Shown in pieces: positions 30,684 through 40,376 of a DNA stretch of 64,000 bases. Under the pieces are notes generated by a model. That model worked only from the letters and a program-made list of their open reading frames with translations. It did not search any database and was not told the DNA's origin. The stretch is from a bacterium (lineage in GTDB: Bacteria > UBA8248 > JACPRG01 > G963555815), in contig CBDHDG010000005.1 of the NCBI GenBank assembly GCA_965261595.1, positions 896,001 through 960,000 of the forward strand, written 5' to 3'. Positions within the stretch are counted from its first letter, which is position 1; each line of letters starts with the position of its first letter. A program made the translations under genes and the position numbers.

Positions 30684-31472
30684 TCACCCCTCCTCCAATA
30701 TCGCGACCGCCCGCACCCAGCCGGCGCTCCCCCGGGTGATCCGGATGGGAAAGATGGAAACCTTGAACCCGAACGGCTCGGGGATCAGGTCCAGGTTCGC
30801 CAACTTCTCCACGTGGCAGTATTACCGCTCTTTTCCTACGAAGTGGGCCGGGCAATAGGCCGCCTGGTTTCCGGCCTTGAGGTCTTTCGCCATGTCGGGC
30901 AAGGGCCGGTCGAAACTCCAGGCGTCGATCCCCGCGACCTTGACCCCCTGGTCCAGGAGCCAGAGCGTGCTCTCCCGGCCCATGCCGGGCTGGTTCAACA
31001 GGAAATCCGGTTTCTCGTACCGCTTCGTGGCGTCCGTTCGGATAAGGACGATGTCATAGGGCTTGATCCGGTATCTGATCTTCGCGACCGCTTCTTCCAT
31101 GTCCGGGACCGTGATCAGGTCCCCGGCCCCCTTGTGAGTCATATCGAGGACGACGCCGTCGGAGAAGCACCAATCGAGGGGGATCTCATCGGCCGTGCGG
31201 GCGGGCGACCCGGCGCACGTCGGCGAGAAGTGATAGGGAGAGTCGAGGTGGGTGCCCGAATGGGTGTTGATCTCCACGTCTTCGGCCGCGAGGGCCTGGC
31301 CGTCCGGCAGAAGGTCCGGGTCGAAGCCGATCCGCTGCGCTATCCGCCGTGCGCCCTCACGGTGGTTCCAGGGAGAGATGCGCACATGATCGCGATCGAA
31401 GGAGAAATTCTGGAGCGGAACGCTGAGGTCGATGCAGCGGATCCCCGGCCGTCCCTCCGATGAGTTCGACAT
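30684..31472 (-). pseudogene. Cyclase family protein, close paralog of 6459-7247, in-frame TAA at 30822-30824
   Basis: HSGTHLDSPYHF...GKER*YCHVEKLANL...WVRAVAILEEG. Confidence 0.88.
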
Positions 31473-31608
31473 GTCGATTGTCCTCCCGCCTTCCGCGCCC
31501 TGCGAGGTTTGAAGATCGGCCTTGCATGACAGGGTGGGCCGGGCATCCTGCCCGGCCGGATTCAAGACTCCGGATTCCCCGCCGTGCGGTCATTTTAGCC
31601 CTACGCGC

Positions 31609-32820
31609 TTATTTGCCTTTGGGCCTTTCCAGGTTGAACAGCTTCAAGGCGTTCTCTCCCAGGATGTTCCGCCGGCCCTGATCGCTCAGGAAGGGGAGAT
31701 CGAAGATCGCGCTGGGCGGATCGAAGTCCCAGTGGGGCCAGTCCGAGGCGTAGAGCAGTTGGGTCTCGGCGTTGATCATCTTGAACGTAAGCTCCAGGGC
31801 TTCGAGGTTGTCGGCTTCAAGGGGTTGAGAGGAATAATACATCTCGCGCATGTACTCGCTGGGTCGGCGTTTGAGGAGCGGAACCTCGGAGACCCGCTTC
31901 AGGAATTCATTGTCCAGCCGCTGCATGAGGAACGGCAGCCAGGCCAGGCCGCTCTCGATCCAGATGAGCTTGAGGCCGGGGAATCGCTCCGGAAGTCCGT
32001 TGACCACCCAGTTGATCATGTGGATCAGGTTCCACAGGACGAACCCGACGACGTGAACGCCGATGAACTTGGTCATCTGGGCCATGACCGGCTCTTCCCC
32101 CCAGGAGTAGCCGCCGTGGAAAGACAAGGGCATGCCGCGCTCCTGGAGGGTCGCGTAAAGCTTCATGTACTGGTTGTCGTGGACCGGCTTGTTCCGGGTG
32201 CTCGTCAGCATGAAACCGATCACGCCGGTCTGCTCGGAGAACTCCTCCACCGTCCGGACGGCCTCTTCCGGCGTGCTGAACGGCAGATACAGGAGCGACT
32301 TGATTCGATCGTCGCCGGAGAGCACGTGTTCCACCAGCCAGCGGTTGTAGGCCCGGGCCAGCAGGGCCTCGGTTCTCGGGTCCGGGTGCTTGCCCAGGTC
32401 GAGGAGCTTCGTCGGAAAAACGACCATGTAGTCCGTCCCGAATGACTCCATGGCCCGCCGGACGATGGTGACGTCCGTGTGAACGTCGGTGTCCTCGACC
32501 GGCTCGCGCCAGCCCGCCTGATGCTGGATGCGCCCGCCTACATCCTGGTAATACATGATGTTGTTCACCACGCCGTACGGGGGCGATGCCACCTTGCTGT
32601 GGTACTCGATGGCGTGGGCGCGCACGACCGGGTCCTCGATGTACTCCACAACATCCCGCCAGGACGCGTTGTCGGAATGATGGGAATCCACGTCGAAGAT
32701 CACGTAGTCCTTGTAGTTCCGCTTCTCGGCCTGCTGCCTGGCATGCGCGAGGATGTCCCGGGTGTCCGTGCGGTGGTGGATTTGTTCAAGGTCCGCCGCG
32801 CTCGCCGCTTTAGTCTCCAT
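31609..32820 (-). CDS. Amidohydrolase family 2 protein, candidate dimetal oxygenase
   Basis: DVDSHH, RAYNRW, LSFHGG, IESGLAW, YYSSQPLE, YASDWPHWDFD. Confidence 0.85.
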   Translation of the reverse strand: METKAASAADLEQIHHRTDTRDILAHARQQAEKRNYKDYVIFDVDSHHSDNASWRDVVEYIEDPVVRAHAIEYHSKVASPPYGVVNNIMYYQDVGGRIQHQAGWREPVEDTDVHTDVTIVRRAMESFGTDYMVVFPTKLLDLGKHPDPRTEALLARAYNRWLVEHVLSGDDRIKSLLYLPFSTPEEAVRTVEEFSEQTGVIGFMLTSTRNKPVHDNQYMKLYATLQERGMPLSFHGGYSWGEEPVMAQMTKFIGVHVVGFVLWNLIHMINWVVNGLPERFPGLKLIWIESGLAWLPFLMQRLDNEFLKRVSEVPLLKRRPSEYMREMYYSSQPLEADNLEALELTFKMINAETQLLYASDWPHWDFDPPSAIFDLPFLSDQGRRNILGENALKLFNLERPKGK

Positions 32821-32873
32821 TAACCTTTCTCCCGGGTCCGATTCCGGCCGGCTTCCCGGTCCCTCTGTCCGTC

Positions 32874-33239
32874 TTATACAAGGACGTAGACGTCTCCGTC
32901 CCGCACCTCCACCTCGAACTTTTCCAGACGGATGTCGGGGTCCGCCGGATGCGCTCCGGTCCGGATGTCGTACTCGTAGCCGTGCCAGGGGCAGACAATG
33001 TGAATCTTCTCTTCGGCGAACCGGAGACCGAGGCTGGACTGGTCCTCTCCCAGGATCTCTTCCACGTCGCGGAAGAGACGGCCCTGGCAGACGGGACCGC
33101 CCTGGTGGGCGCAATGGTTCCGGTAGGCGTAATAGCTCGGGCCGACGCGGAAGACGCCAATCTCCAGATCATCCCGAACGATGATCTTGCAGTCCCCCTC
33201 CTCGAACTCCGCTTCGCTTCCGGCAAACAACTCAGCCAC
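32874..33239 (-). CDS. Rieske [2Fe-2S] ferredoxin
   Basis: NHCAHQGGP...VCPWHGYEYD. Confidence 0.92.
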   Translation of the reverse strand: MAELFAGSEAEFEEGDCKIIVRDDLEIGVFRVGPSYYAYRNHCAHQGGPVCQGRLFRDVEEILGEDQSSLGLRFAEEKIHIVCPWHGYEYDIRTGAHPADPDIRLEKFEVEVRDGDVYVLV

Positions 33240-33557
33240 GTTCTTCTCCTCCCGGGCGCTCGATGCTCACCAGGCGCGATTCAGTCTTTGAGAATTTACT
33301 CCCGTCAAGGTTAGTCCTAGTTGATCGCAAGGAATCCGCCTTCGAGGGCGAGGCCACGACTCAAATCGAATGCGCATCACAATGCGTTGCTGTTTTCCGC
33401 CCTTGATATATTGCGAACCCCTACTTGGGCCGGGCAGGATGCCCGGCCTACCCATTGGTGTTATCGCTGGTCCCCATATGGGGTGGGGCGGGCATCTTGC
33501 CCGCCTCGAATCCAACTGGGAATGTCCACATTATACACACGGCGGCCTTCCTTCTTT

Positions 33558-35936
33558 TCAGTCCATATCCCGCGCCTGAAGGGCGGTGAAAATCTTTTCC
33601 GGTGTCAGGGGAAGCGTCCGGATCCGGACCCCCACGGCGTCATACACGGCGTTGGCGATGGCGGCGGCCGTCGGCGTGACCGTCGTCTCGGCGAATCCTT
33701 TGGCGCCGAATGGTCCCTCCTCATCGTCGGAGGATACAACGATGGCGTGGACCGGAGGCATGTCCAGGGTGGTCGGCAGTTTGTAGTCGGCGAGGGTGCT
33801 GTTCACGAGCTGGCCCGACGCGGGGTCGAACACCATTTCCTCCATCAGGGCGTAGCCGACGCCCTGCATCACGCCCCCTTCGATTTGTCCCTCCACCCCC
33901 GGCGGGCAGATCGGAAAGCCCACGTCGTGCGCGGCGGCCAGACCGAGAACGCTCACCTGGCCGGTGTCGGGGTCCACCTCGACCTCCGCGACCTGGGCGC
34001 AGAAGCTGTAGGCGGCCGAAATGTTCCCGGAGTGGGTCTCCTTGTCGACGGTTTCGTGGGGCGGGTCGTAGACCCCCCGGCCCATGAAGAGCCGGCCGTC
34101 CCGCCGGTAATGGCCGGACCGTGCGACGTCGGCGATCCCGACGCGCCTTTGCGGCGACCCCCGGACGAATATCTCGCCCTCTCCCACGCGCAGATCCGCG
34201 GCGTCGGCCTCGAGGATTTCTCCCGCTTCCTGAAGGAGCTGGTCTTTCAGCTCGATGGCCGCCCGGCGGGCCGCGTTGCCGGCGATGAAGGTCATCCGGC
34301 TCCCGTGGGTCCCGAGGTCCCAGGGGACCACGTCGGTGTCCTCGCTGTGAATGCGGACGGCCTCGGGCGAGAGGCCGAGCTCCTCCGCCACGACGGCGGC
34401 GATCACCGAGTCCTGCCCGCTCCCGATCTCCGTCGCGCCCGTCAGCACCTGAACCGTCCCGTCGTCCTCCATCTTCACGGTCACGCCGCAGAGGTCGGTG
34501 TTCCGGTAGACGCGGACCCCGCCGCCGCAGTGGACGGCGCAGGCGATGCCGATCCCCCGGCCGAACGTGCGGTCCTTCTTCTTCCCGGCCCAATCCAGGG
34601 CGCCCGCCGCCTTCTCGATGCATTCCCGCATGCCACAGCTTGTGATCCGGTACCCGCAGGCGGAGACGTCTCCGCTCTCCGTGACGTTCTTCAGCCGGAG
34701 CGCCACGGGATCCAGGCCGAGTTTCTCCGCCAGGACGTCCAGGTGGATCTCCCGGGCGAAGGTCCCCTGTGGGTTCCCGTACCCCCGGTAGGAGCCGCCG
34801 TAGTTCTTGTTGGTGTAGACGATCCTGGCGTTGAACCGGTAATGCTCGACCTTGCTGTATGTGGTGATGTTGTAGTTGGCCGCCGTGAACGTGACGCCCG
34901 GGGCCCCGCTCATGTAGGCGCCGTTGTCGGTGACGATCTCCATCTCCTGTCCCAGGATGCGGCCGCCGCGCGTGGCGCCGGTCCGGAGCCGGATGCCCAT
35001 GGGGTGCCGCGTTCTCGACCCCACGAAGTCTTCCTCCCGGGAGAGCATGAGCCGGACGGGCCGCCCGGTCTCCATGGCCAGCAGGGCGCAGATGGGATGG
35101 AAGTCGTGCATCTCCATGCGCTTTCCGAACCCGCCGCCGATGGCCGTTCGAATGATCCGGACGCGGCTTTCCGGAAGGCCGAGGCAGTCGGCCAGGTGTT
35201 TTCGTAAAAGAAAAGGCATCTGGATCGACGTCCAGACCGTCAGGCGGCCGGTCCGGTCGTATCGGGCGAGACAACCCTGGGTCTCCAGACAGCAGTGCTC
35301 GACCTGCGAGGTCTCGAATTCGTCCTCGATCACGACGTCCGCCTCGGCGAGCGCCCGGTCCACGTCGCCGAAGTTCATGGCCAGTTCGATGGCCACGTTT
35401 TCCGCGACGCCTTCGTGCACTTCGGGGGCGTCCGCCGCCATGGCCCGGCGGGGGGAAAGAACGGCGGGCAGCTCTTCGTACTCGACCCGAATCAGGCTGA
35501 GGGCCTCCTCGGCGACGTCGTCTCCGGCGGCCGCCACGGCGGCCACCTCCTCTCCGGCGAATCGGACCTTTTCATGCGCCAGCGGGAGCTTGTCGGCAAG
35601 ACGCCGGTTTCCGGGGTCGGCGTCCTGGCGGAAACCATACCGGAGCAGCGGTGTGTCCCGGGCCGTGAGGATCGCCTGGACGCCGGGCAGGGCCGCGGCG
35701 GCCCCGGTGTCGATGCCGAGAATCCGCGCGTGAGCGTAGGGGCTACGGAGGATCTTCCCGGTCAGCGCGTCCGGCAGCGTGAAGTCCGTCCCGTAAACGG
35801 TCGTTCCGGCGGCCTTGGGCGCTCCGTCGTGCTTGGGGAATCGCCGGCCGACGACCCGATAGTTTCTCCCCTCCCCCTCATCCTTCATGCGGGTCTCCGG
35901 GCTCGGTTGGAGGTTGCCACTGGTCTTTCTCATCAT
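33558..35936 (-). CDS. Xanthine dehydrogenase family molybdopterin-binding subunit
   Basis: ILRSPYAHARI, GGGFGKR, YRGYGNPQ, EGQIEGG, GPFGAKG. Confidence 0.93.
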   Translation of the reverse strand: MMRKTSGNLQPSPETRMKDEGEGRNYRVVGRRFPKHDGAPKAAGTTVYGTDFTLPDALTGKILRSPYAHARILGIDTGAAAALPGVQAILTARDTPLLRYGFRQDADPGNRRLADKLPLAHEKVRFAGEEVAAVAAAGDDVAEEALSLIRVEYEELPAVLSPRRAMAADAPEVHEGVAENVAIELAMNFGDVDRALAEADVVIEDEFETSQVEHCCLETQGCLARYDRTGRLTVWTSIQMPFLLRKHLADCLGLPESRVRIIRTAIGGGFGKRMEMHDFHPICALLAMETGRPVRLMLSREEDFVGSRTRHPMGIRLRTGATRGGRILGQEMEIVTDNGAYMSGAPGVTFTAANYNITTYSKVEHYRFNARIVYTNKNYGGSYRGYGNPQGTFAREIHLDVLAEKLGLDPVALRLKNVTESGDVSACGYRITSCGMRECIEKAAGALDWAGKKKDRTFGRGIGIACAVHCGGGVRVYRNTDLCGVTVKMEDDGTVQVLTGATEIGSGQDSVIAAVVAEELGLSPEAVRIHSEDTDVVPWDLGTHGSRMTFIAGNAARRAAIELKDQLLQEAGEILEADAADLRVGEGEIFVRGSPQRRVGIADVARSGHYRRDGRLFMGRGVYDPPHETVDKETHSGNISAAYSFCAQVAEVEVDPDTGQVSVLGLAAAHDVGFPICPPGVEGQIEGGVMQGVGYALMEEMVFDPASGQLVNSTLADYKLPTTLDMPPVHAIVVSSDDEEGPFGAKGFAETTVTPTAAAIANAVYDAVGVRIRTLPLTPEKIFTALQARDMD

Positions 35937-37300
35937 CCGATGGTTCTTCGCAGGACCCGTCCGCGTCCCGGTTTGACGAGAATCTCGTTGTTCTCGACGG
36001 CGACGACGCCCCCTTGAATCGTCATGACCGGCCAGCCCCGAAGGGTTTTCCCTTCGTAGAGGGAAAAGTCCGTTTGCGTGTGAAGGCTCGCCGGCCGGAC
36101 CACCCTCCGCTTGTCGAGATCCACGATCACCAGGTCCGCGTCGCTACCGGGGGCGATGGCCCCTTTCCGGGGATAGAGGCCGAAGATCCGGGCGGGCTGC
36201 CGCGTCATCTTGTCCACCAGCCGCTCCAGCGGGAATTTCCGGCGGTGAACGCCCTCGTCGAGGAGAACGGGCAGATGGGTTCCCAGAAGGGTGGCCGCGC
36301 CCCGGGCGTCGATGAGGCCCGCGTCGGCTTGTTTGAAAGCCAGGGTTCGGAGGATGTTGTCCGTTCCCAGGGTATCGATCACGTCCTCTTCCATTCCTCT
36401 CCAGAGGGATATCCGGTTTTCTTCGTCCCGCAGGGGCGGGATGAGCTTGGCGAGCAGGCCCATCTCCGAGCGGTGGGTCAGCGTGAGGTAAGGGGAGCAC
36501 GTCTCGGCGTAAACGGTCCCGCTCTCCTTCCGGAATTCCTTGAGTCTGCGCAGGGCCTCGGCGGTGGAGACATGGACGATATAAATCCGGCACCCGGCTT
36601 TCCCGGCCAGGTAGACGGAGCGGTGGACCGCCTCCTCTTCGACGATGTTCGGGTGGCAGTCGGCCCAGTCGGCCAGGTTCCCGTTGGGTCGCAGCCGTCC
36701 GATTCGCTCGCGGGTCCGGGTGATGATGTCGGGGTTCTCGGCATGAACGAGGGCGATCCCGCCGGAACCGAGCTTCGCGATCTGCCGGAAGGATTCGAGC
36801 AGCAGTCCGTCATCCACTGGGACCGACATGCCTTTGATCGGAATGCCGGACATGAACATCTTGAACGAGGTGACGCCGAGCCGCTTCGCGCATTGAGGGA
36901 TCTCGCGGGCGTGGGACCCGGAGTTGATCTCGAAGTGGGGAATGATGTCGATTGAGCTGTTGGCCTCGAGGATTTTCGTGAGCGAGCCGAATGTCTTGAG
37001 GTGTGATCCGGACTCGCGGATGAAGACCCCGATCGTCGTTACGCCTCCGGCCAGGGCGGAGCGCGTCTCGGACCGGCAGTCCCCGGCCATGTCTCCCAGC
37101 AACCCCAGGTGGACGTGGGGGTCGATGATGCCGGGCAGGACGAACTTCCCCTTGGCGTCGATGACGCGCTTGGCGGAAGGAAGAAGGTCGTCGCGGGCGA
37201 CGACCCGGATCTTCCCGCCCTGTATTGCGACCCCGGCCCGGATGAGCCCGTCGCCGGGGATGACGAGCGTCCCGCCCCGAATGACCAAATCCGCTTTGAT
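35933..37300 (-). CDS. Cyclic amidohydrolase (dihydropyrimidinase/allantoinase/dihydroorotase-like)
   Basis: LPGIIDPHVH, GGVTT, SFKMFM, VHAEN, IVHVST, KGAIAPGSDADLV; start ATC at 37300 or TTG at 37288. Confidence 0.9.
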   Translation of the reverse strand: MKADLVIRGGTLVIPGDGLIRAGVAIQGGKIRVVARDDLLPSAKRVIDAKGKFVLPGIIDPHVHLGLLGDMAGDCRSETRSALAGGVTTIGVFIRESGSHLKTFGSLTKILEANSSIDIIPHFEINSGSHAREIPQCAKRLGVTSFKMFMSGIPIKGMSVPVDDGLLLESFRQIAKLGSGGIALVHAENPDIITRTRERIGRLRPNGNLADWADCHPNIVEEEAVHRSVYLAGKAGCRIYIVHVSTAEALRRLKEFRKESGTVYAETCSPYLTLTHRSEMGLLAKLIPPLRDEENRISLWRGMEEDVIDTLGTDNILRTLAFKQADAGLIDARGAATLLGTHLPVLLDEGVHRRKFPLERLVDKMTRQPARIFGLYPRKGAIAPGSDADLVIVDLDKRRVVRPASLHTQTDFSLYEGKTLRGWPVMTIQGGVVAVENNEILVKPGRGRVLRRTIG

Positions 37301-37329
37301 GACGTCCCCCCCCCCCTCTATCGGGTTGT

Positions 37330-38634
37330 TCAGAAAACCCGCTGGTCCTCGACGTCTGTGGCGACGGCCAGGAGGGCGCGCTCGACGAGCTTTCGCCGGA
37401 ACGCCTTCTCTTCCGCGGGCCCCAGGTCGGGGTTGCCCGTGACGTGCGGGATCCCGGCCCCGGTCACGATCCGGTTCGCTCCGACGTTCTTCGCGATCGA
37501 CGTGAGCGTCGCAATCAGGGCCGCCGGAAGCCCCTGCCGCTCAATCTCCTTCGCGACCGCTGACCCGCAGCGGGTGCACGTCCCTCACGTGGAGGTGACG
37601 AGGACCGCGTCCACCCCCGCCGCCTTCAGATCGAGGGCGATTTCCTTTCCCATCCGCGCCCCGGCCTCGTAATACGTGCTGCACCCGGCCAGGGTGTAGA
37701 AGTGGTCGAAGACCTTTCTGATCCGCCCCTGTGCTTCCAGCTCCCGAAGGGCGTCCAGGGGGACGATCCGGTTGGGGTCCTCGTTGACGTAGGCGGTTGA
37801 ATACCCCCCGTGATTGCCTTCGTAGGCGGAAGGGTCGAGGCCGTCGAGGCCGGCCAACGCGTATTTGCCGAAACGCGTCGCCATGGTGGATTCGAGTCGA
37901 TCGGGGTTTCCCTTGGGCGTCAGACCCCCGGTCGTGACCAGTGAGATGGTGGTCTTCGTCAGGTCTTTGACGGGCGGCGCCGGCGGCGTCCGGTCGAATT
38001 TCGGCATCACCAGCTCGGTCTCGAACGCCCGGCCTCCGGTCTTCGCCAGGAGCATCTCGATGGCCCGGTCGGCCCCCTTCTTCCCGACGCGGATGTTCCT
38101 GCGGAATCCCCGGGGGAAGGTTCCTTCCTCCCGGGGAGGGCTGGGGGTCTCGCCCCGCAGGAGCTTCAAGCCCAGGCGGCCCATGGCCGCGAGGGCCGCG
38201 TTCATCCCCCGGACGTTGTCCGAGGTGGAAACGATGTAGGCGTCCTTCCGGTATTCCAGGCCCGGGTTTTCCGGCGCCATGGCGGTCAGCGTCGGGATGT
38301 CGAGGGCTTGGCCGACCTTTCGGCAGAGGACGCCGCAGGCGTACCCGTAGCGTCCGGCGTTGAAGGCCGGCCCGGCCACGAAGAGATCCGGCTTAGCGCT
38401 TTGGATGATCTCCAGCAGCGCCTCCGCCGCTTCCTCGGTGCGCTCGGCGAAGAAGTCATCCCCGCAAACGGCGGTCAGGACGATCTCCCCTTCGCCGCGC
38501 AGCGCCTCCTGAAGCGGCCGTCCCGGCCCCGTGGCCCCCGGAAGGGCGTCGGGGCCGGCGGAGGCCTGTGTCTCTCCGCCGATCCCCGCGAAGAACTGAT
38601 TCAGGTAATGGACGACCCGCATCCGATCAGTCAT
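37330..38634 (-). CDS. Glycine/sarcosine/betaine reductase selenoprotein B family protein; Sec at TGA 37585-37587
   Basis: VHYLNQFFAGIGGE, GPAFNAGRYG, HGGY...DPNR.VPLD, VTST-U-GTCTRCG, then the conserved tail GANRIV..AGIPH.TGNP to the stop at 37330. Confidence 0.93.
37553..37584 (-). promoter_or_regulatory. Putative bacterial SECIS hairpin
   Basis: After UGA: GGGACGUGCAC-CCGCUG-CGGGU-CAGCGG; loop starts 17 nt after the UGA and contains G. Confidence 0.7.
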
Positions 38635-38936
38635 GTCTATCCCTCCCGCAAATTTCGCGGGCAACAGGTTACCGAAAAATCCCTTGAGGCGGAAGGAGGA
38701 GGCGATGGCGGACAGACACAACCGTCTCTTGCCGCCAGTGGCGCCTTGAAGGCGGGCAGGATGCCCGCCCTACCTAAATGGTTGTACGCCTCTCATGCCC
38801 GCCGGTCGGCCGGGCATCCTGCCCGGCTCGGTCGGATTAGCGCGCCTCTTTTATGGTCTGATGCCGCCATCGGCGTGCAACAGGTCTTCGCGGTCGGTAT
38901 TCTGAGCGCGCCTGAACCGGATTTCTCGACCCCATG

Positions 38937-40205
38937 TCAGAACTCCTGGACGCCCAGGTCATTGTCCCCGAAGAAGCTGACCGGCCCCGGGATCTTGTTG
39001 TAGGGGACCTCGACGGGCGCGCCGGGGTCCTGGTCATAGTCCTTTAGCCGCTCGCCGCCGATGACCCGGTTCATCCCCGGGAGCGGGAGCATTTCCGCGC
39101 AGTTGCCCAGGGCGACGATGGCGTCGGCCCGGGGGCTGGCGTCGGCCAGGGCGCCCTCCGAGGAGCCGCCCGCCCCGGCGAACTCCATCGCAAGGATCGT
39201 CGTCTTGATTCCCTTCTCCTCGCAGCGCTCGCAGGTCAGCATGAGGTCGGTGTCCGCCTGTCCGCCCCCGTCCTTGGTGATCACCACACTGTCCACGCCC
39301 AGGATGTCCTTCGCCAGGTGAGCCACTTGCTCCGCGTTGAAGGCCTTTTCGGCGAAGAGCTTGTGATGGTTGGCGAGGATGGTGGCGGCGTAATGAAGGG
39401 TTTCCCCGTCGTCCCGGTAAAGGGAGCGGATGATCCCGTTGTTCTGGTTGTCGTACGTCATGTTCTTGGTCGGCCGGCTGAACCCGGCCCAGACGACGGC
39501 TCCGTCCATGATTTCATTGGGGTGAATGAGCGTCGGGGCCAGCGCCCGGGTGTCCCGCCCGTAGACGAGCATGTCCCGGAGGTCGCCGTGGGAGTAGAGG
39601 AAATAGACATACGCGATTCTGGGAAGGGCGGAGTCTTCTCCCGCTCTCTCCGCCGAAGGGGGCAGCTCGAAATCTTCCGCCAACTCCGGCGTTTTCCCCT
39701 CGGCCGTCCGTCCGAGGTAATGGGCGGCCCGGACGCCCGTCTCGACCGCCGCCTTCGCGAACCCGGTCCGGCTCAATCCGTCGGCGGGGTTCAGGGTGAG
39801 CACAATGTTTTCCAGGCCGGAGAAGACGCTGAGGTCCGCACAGGGCCCGGTCATGTCCAACAGGGCGTCCTCGGCACCTTCGAGGGGTCCGCACGTCACG
39901 ACCGAGACCCCTTGCAGTACGTTCGTGACGCCGCTGCCCACGAGGCCGGCGTCGCCGAGGATTCCGGGAAAGGTCTCTCCTTCGCCCGAGACCTTCACAC
40001 GGGGTTCGAAGATGTCGAGGATGTTGATGACCCGGCAGGACTCGCCGGGGTGAGCCAGGTCGATCTCGACGGAGCGAAGCCTCTTATCCTGCGCGAGAAG
40101 GTCTCTCAACTCCCCCCGATTCAGAAGCAGCCTGTGGCCGTCGAGCTCCGTTCGCCGGGAGTCTTCGACCCGCTCGACCGGAAAATTTTGCAAAGTCAAC
40201 TTCAC
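38937..40205 (-). CDS. Glycine/sarcosine/betaine reductase component B proprotein (GrdE/GrdI-like)
   Basis: MKLTL..F.V, PGES.R...DIFEPRVK, LLDMTGP, LIHPNEIMDGA, TYDNQNN, D.DLML.C. Confidence 0.88.
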   Translation of the reverse strand: MKLTLQNFPVERVEDSRRTELDGHRLLLNRGELRDLLAQDKRLRSVEIDLAHPGESCRVINILDIFEPRVKVSGEGETFPGILGDAGLVGSGVTNVLQGVSVVTCGPLEGAEDALLDMTGPCADLSVFSGLENIVLTLNPADGLSRTGFAKAAVETGVRAAHYLGRTAEGKTPELAEDFELPPSAERAGEDSALPRIAYVYFLYSHGDLRDMLVYGRDTRALAPTLIHPNEIMDGAVVWAGFSRPTKNMTYDNQNNGIIRSLYRDDGETLHYAATILANHHKLFAEKAFNAEQVAHLAKDILGVDSVVITKDGGGQADTDLMLTCERCEEKGIKTTILAMEFAGAGGSSEGALADASPRADAIVALGNCAEMLPLPGMNRVIGGERLKDYDQDPGAPVEVPYNKIPGPVSFFGDNDLGVQEF

Positions 40206-40376
40206 GGGAATCCCCCGCCTACGCTCGTCCGCCTAGCAGGTTGCGGAAAAACGATTTGTCGGTCCCGCAAAACCCTGTCCATTTCCCGCCGGGCGATCCA
40301 ATCGACAGGTTTGTCCGGACTTTCCGGTTCTGCGGTCTGTCCAGGCTCTCCAAACGCGTTGCGTTGTCCTCTCGGT

